The notes beneath the pieces were generated by a model. The model made no database searches. It was not told where the DNA came from and worked only from the letters and a program-made list of their open reading frames with translations. A stretch of 63,976 bases of DNA, the filler included, from Sphacelaria rigidula (lineage: Eukaryota): assembly GCA_964200075.2 (NCBI GenBank). It is 10 parts of 10 records of this genome, joined end to end, with 100 filler letters (N's around TTAATTAATTAA, not from the genome) between each part and the next. Parts side by side here need not be neighbours in the genome. Positions count along the whole stretch, not along the records: positions 32,042 to 38,348 come from CAXNAA020020881.1; positions 38,449 to 44,755 come from CAXNAA020020882.1; positions 44,856 to 51,162 come from CAXNAA020020883.1; 7 more parts are not named here. The stretch is one strand, 5' to 3'. Position 1 is the first letter of the stretch; every line of letters begins with the position of its first letter. Shown here piece by piece: positions 37,763-51,162 of this stretch. The position numbers and the translations under genes were made by a program.

Positions 37763-39429
37763 CGGGGCTGGGGAACAACCTCCTCTGCGGGTAGGCCGGA
37801 ACCGAACACACCGAGGAGNNNNNNNNNNCTCTTTTCCCCACCGCCCCCCTTCCCTTCTGGGGGTTTTTGATCTACGAGGAAATGGAAACGTTGGTGCAAA
37901 TCCCCCCCCCCCCCCCCCCCCCCCGTGATGTGACTGCGCGGAGACGATCGTACTACGTAGTGCTTACATGGTGAGACACCCATGAGGCAGTGTGGAACCC
38001 GTTGCTGTATCTGGAAGTGGTAACACCAGAAAATAAAGCAACTCATTCGAGGCTGTCATCTGAATGCGAGATAATCAGTACGCGTTTGGCCGAACAATCT
38101 GAGCAGGATGCATCTCACCCTTCATGCGACTCGCCGAACACACCAAAGCGCTTCGTGCGTGGTGATTGATTACGAGCCTGGTCCGGAAACAACCCGGCAT
38201 GCTCGTCCCGACTTTGTAGGGATGCGAGGTCAATGGTCATATGATTATGGCATGTAAGATCATCATGAGTACATTCTGGTGTCTCTATTAGGAGTAGGAA
38301 CGGTGCTCCGTCTCGAAAGGGATGCGTGGTCAATGGTCAAATGACTAANNNNNNNNNNNNNNNNNNNNNNNNNNNNNNNNNNNNNNNNNNNNTTAATTAA
38401 TTAANNNNNNNNNNNNNNNNNNNNNNNNNNNNNNNNNNNNNNNNNNNNGGGAAAGCACTGTTTTAGGCTTGAGCCTCATCTCAAAGGTAAACCTCAATTC
38501 GCACAATTTGTTGTTGTTTAGTGTTTTCTGCGTGTCCTCCCGAAAGCAATCACGTTCAGCGCCGATTCCCTCATGGGGATGCGACACACCCAAGACAAGA
38601 ATGTAGGTGAAACAATGGAAGAAGTAATAGAGGGCACGGTTAGTATGCGTTGAAAGTCTTGGAGTCCGTGAAAATATGGCTCGGTTTTATACCACGTGAC
38701 GCAGATCGAAATGTCGTGTGCCGGGCGGTAAATTCGGCGTTTCGGCCTTGCGAACCAGATATATGAAACAATTACAAGCGGAATCCTGCTCAAGCATGAT
38801 GAGTACAGGCAGCGCAACAAACAATGTCGTGCAGATAGCCTACACCCCGCACGGTCAAAAGAAAAAACATGACGATCGCCACACACAAAACAAAATGACC
38901 AAAACATGAAATGAAAAATCGTGCAGCTCTACAGAGCAAGACGACGGCGGCGTGAAATTATGAAACACACAATAATATCAGGTGGCTCAAAAAAAGTTAT
39001 GGTAGACACGACACCCGGAGATGCAGAAAATGTTGGAATGCATGATGAAAGAAAATCAATCAAGACCGAAAAAATTGGAAGTTTTACCTTACGTGCATTT
39101 CACAAATCCCCATGGCCACGATAAAAAGGCCAAATACATACCGATCATGGTGGGTTGATTGTCCCAATTCAACATGCAACAAAAATACCGAAATCATATG
39201 GAGAATGCCTGGAACAGGATCATTGCTGGTTAGGTACAGCGGTGATATTATGGATAAACAAGTGTAGGTCAGGCGAATGTGATACATTGCAGGCGACAAT
39301 GACAAAACAAAAACTCTGCGATCAGATCGAAACAAGGTTAAAAAAGAACATGAGGGCGGAAAATACGCGTGCACATGACAACATGTGATGCGATAGCAAG
39401 CGAGAAACGTATAGTCGACAGTAGGCGGT

Positions 39430-39850
39430 AGAGGCAAAAACAGCACAACAAGCGGGACAACAACAGCAAACCAGGGTAGCAGAAAGCACGGTGGAAACAG
39501 TAGCAGCAGCAGCAGCACAGCAGCAGCAGCTGCAACACAGCAGCAGCAGCAACAACAGACAACCACAACCACAACAACAGCAACAGACAACCACAACAAC
39601 AACAACAGCAACAGTCATAGTAGACAACAACGACAACAGACAACAAACAACAACAGCAACGGCACACAGCAGCGACAACCAACAACACACAGCAGCGGCG
39701 CGGCAGCGACGAAAAACAGCACAGAAAAACGGCACAGCCGTGCGGCGAGTAGCAGCAACACACAGCGACGGCACGGCAGCGACAAACAGCAGCACAGCAC
39801 AACAGCGAAAACCACAACAACAGACAACAACAACGCGGCTGCACAGCTTC
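39430..39850. repeat. Compound CAG/CAA/CAC cryptic microsatellite
   Basis: About 420 bp with almost no T on the + strand, made of degenerate CAG/CAA triplets; low-complexity ORFs occur in several frames on both strands. Confidence 0.9.
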
Positions 39851-41849
39851 CGCAGCTGTCTGGAGCCGTATGTCCCGAAACGCCCCGAAGTAATTGTAGG
39901 CCCTCTGGTTCGTTGAACACGTCAAATTCTCGTTCGACCGTATTGCCTTTCATTAAATTATATCGGCTAGGTCATTTCGCTTTGAACGTCTGGTTACCCC
40001 CGTCATATAGTAGGGCGCGACACTGTTGAGAAACTGGTTCTGATCACCCGATGATCTGTTTGTGCATGAGTACGGTATAATTGTGCAGCGGGCGGAGAGA
40101 CGAAGCCCAGGGCACCCACGGGGCAAAACCAGGGAGGAACAAAGGGTACCATGGGATAAGAACAAACTACATAGCCCATGCTCAACTTCTTATGCTCAAC
40201 GTATGGTAAGTAGACGACAGAGCGAAAGAGTGCAAAGAGCCGAAGCAGCGTACCCTCAGAGTACGCTCACTGTACATGCTCTTCAAACATCCCAGTGACA
40301 CCGAGTCGTGAACTACAAAAGCTCTGTCTACTACATGTTAAATGATGTTGCAGGTAAGATACGCTGTGGCAACTACAATTTGTGAACAGGCACAATATTT
40401 ACTCTATATAAACAAGTAACATTTCACCTGATCCGACCCACACGCCAGAAAAACCTCCCCTCCGGAAGTTTGTGTTCGGAGCATGCCAATGTTGACTTTA
40501 CACAAGCACGGGCTGGACACCATGTCATGGGTCGATACTCACCGCCTAGCTGGGAATGGTGCCAGTTCGGTGGGCACCTGGGCTAGCGGGCTCAAACACA
40601 ATCATGAATATCGAATCCATTGAGCTCGACGTTACCGAGTGCAGAGCCAGTCACCTTCGCCGCGTCGGGCTGCATGCCATACCCGATGAGCCGCTCGGAC
40701 GCCAGAACAACAAACCTTGGATGAAGGATAGGCTTAAATTTTGAAAAGACCAGAGACCCCTCTGATACCACAGTCCGTGATGGCGTAGACGCTCTTGTAT
40801 TATTGGCGTACAGGCTAATTTGTGATTTGCTAGTTGAGATGCGTAGCCCAGAACGCTGTGACAGATGGGGGCAGCCGGCTCGATCCAACCACAATGTAGT
40901 ATGACCCATCAGGTACCAAGCACGACAACGTATGACACATGGGAACCTAATCGACTGGGCAATGACCAATATATCTGTAACACTCCCACGTGAAGATGTT
41001 CACCTTTCTCTGGCAGGCGCGTGATCACCCTCGCGCAGAGTTCTCTCTTGGTTCCAGAACAGGACAGAGTGCGAGTTGCAATGTNNNNNNNNCGGATACA
41101 TATCGTGCAATAAACGCTTTCTACGTTTGTAGTGATAGGCATCCTTTTCCATCCGGCTGTCAAACGCGCGGAATGTGGTCTGTTGCGCCAGGTATCCGTG
41201 CTGATGTGGAGACCTCTCTTCCGAGGATGTCCGACCCCTTTAGTCTCACCATATTTTACGCCTTGGAGTATGATCGTCTCCGATTGACGCCGCGGATAAT
41301 AAATTATAATCTCAGCACATTGCCTCCATAATATTGAAAAGGAACAACACTGCTTAGACTGATGAGGAAGCATTGACTTATGGGCGGGCAATATGGACCA
41401 GCGATTTCAGGCATGGTGGCTATCACGCGCAAGGTGCGTGGGCGTTGTAGCACGATTTAAACGCGGATCGTCTCTCCCATGAGGAAAAACGGCAGCAGCA
41501 GCGACAACAGCAGCAGCAGCAGTGTCGGCACTGACTGATTCAGACCCACCCACAGCCGCGTACATCTACCGGCAGTAAAGATGCTGCTGATACTGCTGCT
41601 GTTGCTCCTTCTCCTTCTCTTGCGGGAGGCGGTCCGCGTTGCGACCTGCGATAATACCCAAACCCATTGCACGTGGTTGCTGCCCTCCTTGAAGTCGCTG
41701 GTCTGTTCGCGTGCTGTTTTACCGTATTTGTTTCACTTGTTTCCCACCCTAGCATACTCGATTAGAACTGCGCGTGATTTCTAGTGACAATGAAGTTGTG
41801 AACCGTCACTTCAATATCACCATCACGAGATGAATATCGTCGAATTAAA

Positions 41850-42060
41850 TTACACACGCGGAGAGTGTTATTTTCGAGCAGCATGCGCGCTAGCGTTTTC
41901 CGTGTTGTCGACATCGTGCCAGCGCGCTTGTGCACCAAAGCGCCGTACTCCCCTGTGGCAGCTCGTCACGGCAGTGCTCCTCATATTCATCACGCATAAT
42001 TCGAAAACACCCGAAAGAGATGCCGGCGAGTCCATCGTTGTTGCACTTGGATTGTGGTGA
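41850..42060 (+). repeat. Diverged direct repeat of about 210 bp; second copy at 44417-44632
   Basis: Colinear TTATTTTCGAGCAGCA.GCGCGCTAGCGTTT...GTGCCAGCGCGCTTGTGCAC...TCCATCGTTGTTGCACTTGGA. Confidence 0.8.
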
Positions 42061-42769
42061 ATCAGTGGTTTTGCGATAGAACCCCTGCATGCTGCGTGTT
42101 GAGTACCAAATAGTATATACCGTACCAGTTCAAAAACGGATACTGTATGCATTATATATATGACACCGACATGCTCTGGTTATCATGGACTGTGTACGAG
42201 GCGCGGGCAGCGTAGTTTTTGTCAAGGAATGCAAGGACGCAACCGTACTGTAGTACAGACAGTATGAAACACGTGATTCGAACGAGACACAAGATGAAGG
42301 ATTTACACTATGATAAATACCTGGGCGTTTTGGCACTGAAACGAGTCAGCCAGTCCCTCCACTACCTACCGTACGAAGATAGCAAGGATTGGACGAATCA
42401 ATGATGCGTCCGGAAATCATTCGATGTTTAGTGTAATTGACTCGTACCGTACGAATCAATCCTTAGGCTTTGTTTTCAGCGTTGCAACCCAGGTACGCGT
42501 AGTCCAGGCACGTGAAACTGCACAAAAGGTGCGTGGAGACCTGTTTGACCAGCGGTCGACCTTTTTAACTCTTTCGGGTAATCAGGCCTGAGGAATCGTG
42601 GATTTGGTTATTCGAATCGGCGATGATTCGTCCAAGCCGTAGAAGATATATACCACGTGTAAATTACACAACAAGTTACGGGCAGACCTTTTCACTTTAG
42701 AGTATAAGGGCCCAGCCGAGACCATTTCGGTTTCACCGCCGAAATCCGGGACCGCAACGTCATATCACA

Positions 42770-43018
42770 GACACTTTCTACGATAGCCCCCCCACAAGAA
42801 GTGCATGGTTTTGGGAGGCAAAATCTTCACGTACATCGAGATTGGAAAAGTCGAGCACAACGAGAAGCTAGGAATTCCCACACTTGGGTTCGTTCGAGCC
42901 AATGTCGCCAATATGCTGCGCTTCATGCAGCCTGAACCCGAACATCAGGCGCTGTATGGCCATTTTTTTCGTGACACTTTTAGCTGGTTCCGGGGGGGGG
43001 GCTATCGTAGAAAGTGTC
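42770..43018. mobile_element. 249-bp MITE with 24-bp TIRs and a 4-bp TSD (second, truncated copy at 44663-44755 in opposite orientation)
   Basis: TIR GACACTTTCTACGATAGCCCCCCC at both ends; CACA duplicated at 42766-42769 and 43019-43022. Confidence 0.85.
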
Positions 43019-43301
43019 CACAATCACCGAAATAAATCGAAATTGGAAGCGCCCTGGACACAGGGCAATCTATATCTTTACAATCTGTGGGGCACGTTGC
43101 TTTTGTATAAAAAAGTGCCTTTCGAGCGGGGAGTGACCCTAATTTTGGTGTCCTCAGAGGTTATGACAAAAGAGCATAGCATGTGTACTTGGTCATGTTT
43201 CGAGTGTCCTGTACAATTTTTTATATTACAATTTCACGAAGTGAAGTTGGTTTCTGCTGCGGGTAAAAGGAGTGTTTTTTTGTGACTTTGTTTTTGCGTC
43301 A

Positions 43302-43385
43302 GGATTCTTGGGACCTGGTTCTTGCGATCGGATTCTTGCGGTACTTTTATTGCGACCTGATTCTTGCGAGCGGATTCTTGCGATA
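43302..43385. repeat. Degenerate 13-14 bp minisatellite (GGATTCTTGCGA core)
   Basis: About six recurrences of TTCTTGCG(A/G)-like units. Confidence 0.7.
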
Positions 43386-45108
43386 GTTTTTTTGCTAGAT
43401 GTTTGCACTCTAAAACCCTATCGATTTCGTCTTTTTTGGGATAACTTCGTCAAACGGACACCAAACGCATCTTGCTCGAAGGGGGACCTGGACAAATAGC
43501 AGTTGCTGCTGCCTACCTAGTATTATCCTTCGAATCGAAGTCTTGAGCAAGAACCCCAGCGTTTGGTGCCCATGTACAAGGATGATCCACACCGAGTATC
43601 ATGCTTCGAAACGCACCTGACAAGGGGGCAACACCCCCGTACAGACAGTAGCAATGCTAGCGGGTTCTGCGTCCTGACAGTCTGTGACAGCCTGGAAGCC
43701 GGCAAGGTGGTTATGGTAGTGCCCTTCTAGCGATATTAACTTACTGTGCACTGGAGCAGAGCTTGCAGGTGAATATTTCGGCGATTACCTCACCTGCAAT
43801 TCGCCCAGATGTTGCCCCTGCATTATATATGGAAAATGTACCTCACCGTGGGCAAAACAATTCTACAGACAGTACGAACACGACATAGAAAGTGTACTGC
43901 TCAACGTCAAGTGTGCTGTGTGTGTTGTCGTCCCATAAATTCTGGACGCTGGTCGCCATCTTTCGGTATATGTGGGCGCATCTGCCGCGGCTGTGCATCC
44001 ATACAGCTTTGCCCAAGATACAGGCAGCCATTACAGCGGCGTAGGCGGCCTTTCACTCCTGCGTGTGCCATCTGGGACAAACGCCCGCTGTAGATGTAAC
44101 ACAGACAGCTTTACGAAATGTGACGTAGCAATATAGTAAAAAAGCGCGTGCGAGGAGGTTTATATCCTGCGTACACCTTGACTGCGATACGACGGCTGCA
44201 CTCATGATGTGGCGAACTGCATAGGACAACGCGAAATTAATTCAAGACAGGGATAGGCTAAGGATGCGACGTTCTGCGGTGTGCTTTGTCACCCTGCACC
44301 CTGCCGCTGTGCAGTGAGCAGGTAGTACCGCCGCAGGCGTCACGCCGCGGTTGGTATACAGTATTGGCTCCACACCCACAGAGTAACCTCTGCATTGAAA
44401 TTCAATAAAACGCACTGAATTCAATTACACTGGCGGAGCGCCTTATTTTCGAGCAGCACGCGCGCTAGCGTTTCCGTGTTGCCGACACCGTGCCAGCGCG
44501 CTTGTGCACTACATCGTTTTACTCCCCTGTTGCAGCCCGTCACGGTGTTGCTCCTCACGTTTCATGACGCTTTATTCGAAAGCACGCGGGAGAAATGCCA
44601 GCGAATCCATCGTTGTTGCACTTGGAGGTGGTGTACCAGGTTTTCGACCTAGTACTGCCGCAGACACTTTCTACGATAGTCCCCCCCCAAAAACCAGCTA
44701 AAAGGGCCAAGAAAAAAATGGCCATTCAGCGCCTGATGTTCGGGTTCAGGCTGCANNNNNNNNNNNNNNNNNNNNNNNNNNNNNNNNNNNNNNNNNNNNT
44801 TAATTAATTAANNNNNNNNNNNNNNNNNNNNNNNNNNNNNNNNNNNNNNNNNNNNGGTAGGTGTGTGGGGGTACTCATTTGTTGCTTGCCTTAGTCATTT
44901 GACCATTGACCACGCATCCCTTTCGAGACGGAGCACGGGTAGGGGGGGGAAGGGTTCACAGGTGTTCGTTTTTGTTCTTTTCTCGTGCACCCCCGACACC
45001 CCTTCAACTCACGTACGTATCAGGACGCAAACGGCGGTAAGAGGCGAGAGAAAAGAGGACTACGGGGTCACAGTGTCCTTATCGCCCCACATGCAGCGCT
45101 GTTCTCAC

Positions 45109-46760
45109 CTCCAGCTTGTAGCCGAACGTCTGTGCAGCACCCGTCATGATCTTGTCGGTCGTGTCTCCCGGATCCCGAACCAGCAATCCTGCCGACGTTG
45201 TGTTTGCGGGCAGCGCTGATGGGAGCAGCGTCGGCCCCATGTACACCTCGCCGCTGATATCATACTGCTGGCAAAGGTGACGCATGAACACACGCGAAGT
45301 CGGGATCATTGGTGTGAGCTTCATCTAGCACATCAGATATTAGTCGCGAGTAATAAAATCCGATTCGGTGCCTGCGCATCAGCCAAAGACGCGGAGTAAG
45401 GATCGCGATACCTCGGGCAAGCATTCGGTTTTCGGGGGCTTGCCTTGAACATCTCCGACATGAAGGCCTTTTGGAAGGCCCTCTCCATACGGTCCCCAAC
45501 CTCGGTCGCGAGGCCGCGGTTGTGGAGGAAGAGCTCCGTGGGTCGACCAAGCTCGAGAGCGACTTCCAGTAGCTGCGTGCTCTCCACCCTGATGCCCATC
45601 ACGGCATCTCCTGCCAGGGTGAACCTGTCCGATGACAGTACGATGACCCCGACGTAATGAAAGATTCACCACACCTAATCGCTGTGGGGAGCATTTCGAA
45701 TTTGATGATTCCCGCTCGAAGCTTTCGCTGCGACTTGTTCCAACATGTATTAAATACCACGTGCATGCATGCCTCGGATCTCTCTGGTATTTCGGACCCC
45801 CCTCCGTTCGACCAAAAGCACAACATCCGGAAGTGATGTTGGCCGCAACGCCTACAATGACCTCGACTCATCTCATGTCTTTCACGGCGCGGCCTGTACC
45901 AACGCCACCCGCCCACCGGAAGTGAAGTTTTCACTACGATCGTCGAAAGTGCATACTGTCTCACATGGGAAGGAGGATACGGGGTCAGAAAGTATGTTAT
46001 CACCTGTTGACGAACGTGGTAAGTACCCGCGGCGGGAAGGAATTGACAGGTCCCCCCACAGGCCCGCCCTGTTTGTACGCGAGCTTGTCTTCGGGCCCCC
46101 CGCCCATCTTTTGCCAGCATTCCGGCACTTTGCCGTTGGTCTTCGTGCCTTAGGGATCGGCGAAGGCCACCCTCGGGTTGACCGTGAATGTTTTGTTCTC
46201 TTCGCTCGGTTGCTTGTGTGCCACCATAATGCCCTCCATGCGAGGGTGAAAATGATACCTCTCGTGTTTCTTTCGGGAGCCTCCGTGGCGGCTGGAGTAC
46301 TCTACTAGCATGTAGTCGTCTTCGACCACCATTAAAGGATCGGCTTCGATCGCGCCTGCGTAGGGGTGCGCACCGCGGTGGATCGCAGCGACGGTGGATG
46401 TTCGGGGGGTGCCAGGGGAGCATCAACATCACCACAGGACGCCGTGTCAGAGCAATGAAGGATGTAGGAAAGCGGCGATTCAATGTGACGGACGAAACGA
46501 AGCACACAACTTAGCCTATCCGCGCTCGTGTAGCGGATACCGACTCAGATGTGTTTACCCTCTTTTCAGCAACATCGATGCCGCGGTTGTGCCTGTCACA
46601 AACCGTGCAGACCGTGATACCTTGGATACGATGTCCGTGTCGATACCAGAGCCGCGGGACTGTAAAGGTGATGGTGCCCATCGGATGCAAGACTTCCAGT
46701 ACCTTTTCAACGAACTGCCTGAAGAATCCCTTGTTGTCATCATTTGTCGTGCTCAGCATT
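45109..46760 (-). pseudogene. Spliced gene of unknown function, divergent from the transposase and partly decayed. Exons include 45624-45444 and 45324-45109, with further coding-like blocks at 46335-46005 and 46760-46555
   Basis: Phase-compatible exons read FTLAGDAVMGIRVESTQLLEVALELGRPTELFLHNRGLATEVGDRMERAFQKAFMSEMFK|MKLTPMIPTSRVFMRHLCQQYDISGEVYMGPTLLPSALPANTTSAGLLVRDPGDTTDKIMTGAAQTFGYKLE, with a CAG acceptor, a GC donor at 45443, a TAG acceptor and a GTGAG donor. An upstream block has an in-frame TAA at about 46150. Confidence 0.5.
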
Positions 46761-47778
46761 GTTTTCTCGACTTGATGGAGACTATGATAAGCTTCGGCGG
46801 TCTCTTCACAGGGAGTGGCTCTTGTTGGTCAATAAGAGCGCAGTGGCGGCGGAGTAGACTATCTTCGTGTATGCTCGTGTGATGAGCCCTGTACAATATC
46901 ACGTCGCAAGCACGCAGTAGCATCGTCAGTTTTCCTTTGTTGCGCGCTGGTCGTCCGGACATCGCGGGGTGTAGCGTGTGTTCTCCGATATAGCCCCTCC
47001 CGATAAAGTGGTTGGTTCGGGGGGGGCAACAACCGACACGTAAAAGCGATATGACAAAATATCCTCATATTGAGCAGATTGGAATATTCACACTTCTGTT
47101 TGTTTTCGTCCATGTCGAGTAAACAAGGCCCTCCATGCACTGTGGAATCGAACATCATGAAGGTGAGAACATCGTGAGCTTATTCTGTATGCAGCGTCCC
47201 CACGACAAAAAAATGCCGCGAATGGGCTACGACAGCCCAACCTCCAGAAGTCATGAGGAGACTCTGGCCTCGTACTCTTATTGAGTAACTTGGTGTTGGT
47301 TCAATCGCGAGAAAAACGCGCATCCATGCACTCAACGACAACTAAATTGCGCACTTTTCTGCGCCGGGCGACGCCTCTGGTACGCCGAGTTAGATTTTTC
47401 ACTCCTTAGCTGCAAACCATCTGTCACCATCACCTCCTGTTCATGCATTTTTAGGATGCATCTCGCCACCTTCGGCTTGTTCAGGACTCGACCTTTTGTC
47501 ATCGTACAGTTGCGCTAGTAGGGCGTGGATTTGGACGCCTCGGCCGGTGTGTCACTCCCCTCGCCCAGTACCATTTCATCCTCCTCTGAAGGCACGCTAT
47601 CCTGCGAGTAGAGTGCCTCATTCGAGCCGCGGGCGGCAGACAGGTCCTCACGGGCCTAAGCACGCGTATTTGTTGAGGTGTCGCGATCGGGAAGCGAGTT
47701 TAACCAATCCCACAGAGCCTAGTGCACCACCAGGCGCCCCTGAAAAAGCCGCACGTCGCCATCCCGCCGCTCCGTCAG

Positions 47779-50700
47779 GTGTCGACGGTAGACCGACAGC
47801 GGTTGGCCACCATCAGCTCCGGTGCCATTAGAGCAAAGGCGAACATGGAACCACTCAAGTACGTGTCCATGCAAGCAGACGCAGCAGCCCAATGGCATTC
47901 GCGTTACCGATGTGCTCGCCGTTGACACACGGCACAGACAGGTGAGAGAGCGGTTATCGCAACAGCACGGGTGACGAAGCATCATTCCCCCCCTTCCCCT
48001 TTGTATTTCAATCCGATGCGATGATGTTCCCCTGCATATCTCCAGGTCGTGCACGTGTGTTCTACACCGTTCTGTCATTGCCTGCGCCCCCCCTCGCTTC
48101 AAATTTTCCCTCGCTTTTCTTCGGCCCCTAGAATTGGACGATTCCTTATACCTTCCTTCTCTGCCCCTCATCTTGAAAAATATAAGGGCACCACACAGTA
48201 TCCTGCCCGGAATATGCTGTGTTTTGATGCAAACATCCTGTATGAAGTGTGACGAATGTTCCAATGTGTTTTCTCACGACTGTTTTGCTGCAAAGACGGT
48301 ATTCGGAGCATTGTCTCTTCCGAGACCGCAGGAGGTGTCAAGGCATATATCGAGTTACTTATCGCCCTTCGAGGGTTTCTATCATGAGCCGGGACGCCAT
48401 AACAAGTACGTGAGTAACTGATTCCCTGAATATCCATTCATGTTGCTTCAGTGGTGCATATGATTTCTGCTCGTCGTTGTTGGCGATCACCACGTCTGGC
48501 AGGGGATACGCGGAGCGCCCAAACGTTATGGCAGTACTTGTGGAAGGGCAGTTCGTGGAATTCTTCCTGTCTCCCCTCACAATCGGAGGAGGTGAGTCCC
48601 TGCTCTCCCACGCGATGTGCACGCACTGACGGCATTCGTGACCCAGACACCGCCCGCGATGAGTTGCGCACCGCGGGGGACCTAAGGCACTCGGCTATCT
48701 TGCTTTCTTATCCGAGCAATCTGCTCGGGAGGCCTTTTCGCATCCCGACCGAGAGCAAGAGATGAGTTTTTACGGCATTCCTCGTAGCCAACAACCCCCG
48801 AAAATACTGAAATTCGCGTCCTGACGCCGTCGTTGCTCGCCGCTGTGCAAGGAGCGATCTTATTTGCACTTCAACCCACCTCGCGCTTACCCGATTATTC
48901 GACTTGCATTGCACCGGCGACACACCAGCTTACATCGATGAGCGGTATCTGCAACTCGACAACTGTGTTGGAGAAAATAAGAACTACATCGTGCTGGGAT
49001 ACCTCGGATGTCTTGTGGCCCGTGGGACAATCGGCCGCGTGGAGATTAATTTCATGATGGTGGGACATACCCACATCATGATAGACCAGGTCTTTTTGAG
49101 GTGCGTCGGGATTATCCTGGAAGACAACAGTGACGAGTGGAGGAAATCATGTAGCTTTGTGTCACGGGAAAAATGGTGGTTCCTTATATACAAATCGTAG
49201 TGAACCCAACCAAGACGTTGATTTTATCCAGTACACGAACGGACCCACCAGTCACGAGACCCGGTGATGGTTACATCATCTACCCGCGACCCCGCTGTTC
49301 CTCCCCGTGACCACGTTAAACTATATTGAAATTTATCCGCGAATACGACGCGGAGCAAGGAGACACCATCCCCACCGCACTGGAAGGGATGAACGAAATC
49401 GTTCGCCTTCTACTGTGATACTGCAGGCGTGAAACCGCACCCATCATCACTCAATACTCCCGCCATATTTTGGTATATTTTTTCGTTCATTTTGTCGTAT
49501 TTTTTTCAGGCGAGATCTCTCACTGCACGAGTACCTCTGCTGTTGTTGACACGGGTCGCACAAGTCATGCGTTGCCTCCACAGACGCGGTGGGCAAAACC
49601 CTAAGAGCAGATGAAATACCGCCTCCAGCAGCGATATTCCACGCCGACACGGTGTCCAGATATATGCGATTTCGAAGCACCGTAGGTGGACTGAACGTGG
49701 ATCAACGATGATCCACAGCACACGTACTTACGCTCCTAAATACCATAATAACATGGGTCGAACAAACCGGCCTCATTTCGTACTGGCATATCCAGGGATA
49801 TGTTTTATGCGTACAGCAAGGTGACGATGAGAAGAAACTTATATGTATATAGCACGAACCGACGACAAAAGCATTGGAATTTTTTACCAGGATTTCCATT
49901 CACTGCAAGGGAGTTTGCCTGTTCACGAAAAGGCAGCAGGCGGAAGCTTTTCGCAAGGCATACAAGGCACTGGAGGTGTTCACCATCACTCTTCGCTCCC
50001 TCGGCAACATCAAAGGAGCTGTCGGTAGAGGTGGCCGTGTGCTGCCCATTCGTGGCGTGACTCAGCCCCGTTCATTCGAAATCCGCCCAGCGGGGACGGA
50101 GCCGGTGGCCATCGGCATGAAGAAGCACATGCATGCTACAGTCTTCACGGGAAAGACGGCCGCCGGGATCTACGAGGGAGCCCCTCACCCGCTCTTCCGC
50201 ACGGGTGTCCCAGATCTGGAGTGTGCACCTCCATTCGACCTGAAGGAGGTGGATGCCGCACAGCGAGACAACATACTGGCTCGCTACAACGCCGTCCACA
50301 GTCGGCTAGCTGCCCTCTACCCCCTCGGTGCGTTGCACCCCCAATCACCCCCAAGCACCCCAAGTGGTGACACTGTATCCTGATTGCTGTGCACTCTATT
50401 TATTATGTTTTCGCTGCGGACGGCGGGTCCAAGTTTCTCACCCTTATTTCTCATATCATTTTCCCCACCGCAGGAGCGCATCCGAACCCTGAATGGCTCA
50501 GATGCACTGCCTCCACCCTCCCGTGCGACGCGCAGATTTCGACAAACAGCAGGCCATCAAGGACGACATGGCGACGCCCCACCGATTTCTGACCGCGAAA
50601 GGCTCAGTACCGTGGGACCTTCCGTGTCATTGGTTCAAGCGTAGTGGCGTGCAGTCATCTGGAGGGTCACGGGAAGAGAGAGCGGGGGTAGATTGGGATG

Positions 50701-51162
50701 TTGATGTAGTCGAGGGGTCTGTGGGGGGGCGTAAGCCGCCTGTCGGTGAGGATCCGGGAAAAGGTGATGTCGATAACTTAGTGCTTGGTAGCGGGGGCGA
50801 CGGAGATGGCCATCCAGCAGGGTATGTTCCCTCGTTCGACAAGGGACCTCTTGCTTTCTTTCTCGGTGACAAAGCCCCGTTTTTGGTGGGTAGGGTTACG
50901 GACAAGCGCGAGGGAACCGATGGCGAAGCAGGAGTTCAGGTGTGCTGGTGGTCGCCGGCCACCTCCGCCATTCGAAACAACGCTTCTGCCTATAACATCG
51001 GCGAATACGGCAAAGGAAAAATCACAGCACATTACAAGACGAAGGGTGTACATGGGCAGTAAGAGCAAGAGGCGAAAGTTAGTGCCGGACGTGGAGTGGA
51101 TGCAAGCAGAGCTGGTTGTCGCTTCGTGCGAGAAGCTAAACGTTGGTGACAGGATTCCCAAG
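47779..51162 (+). pseudogene. Decayed intron-containing DDD/E DNA transposase, Sola-like / DUF7869-type. Exons about 47779-47941, 48503-48591, 48851-49100, 49910-50366 and 50474-51162 (cut by contig end)
   Basis: The core motif YLQLDNCVGENKNYIVLGYLGCLVARGTIGRVEINFMMVGHTHIMIDQVF matches the QLDNC..ENKN...VGHTH..IDQ.F signature. Upstream PLKYVSMQADAAAQ resembles the first catalytic-Asp block, and downstream GVTQPRSFEI also fits. Lesions: a frameshift near 47894, an apparent CAG>CAA acceptor at 48848-48850, and a frameshift/stop in the last exon. Confidence 0.75.

Noticed and set aside
39084..39953. Several ORFs of 112-195 aa rich in Cys/Val/Leu or Gln/Thr
   Set aside because: These are by-products of a CAG/CAA microsatellite that lacks stops in multiple frames on both strands.
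45290..45345. LDEAHTNDP, resembling a DEAH helicase motif II (minus strand)
   Set aside because: It lies in an alternative frame across an intron/exon boundary. No Walker A or other helicase motifs are present, and the spliced frame explains the region better.
45599..46507. Longest ORF in the window (302 aa, minus strand)
   Set aside because: It is Arg-rich and runs through apparent introns and alternative frames of the decayed spliced gene, so it is not a credible single-exon protein.
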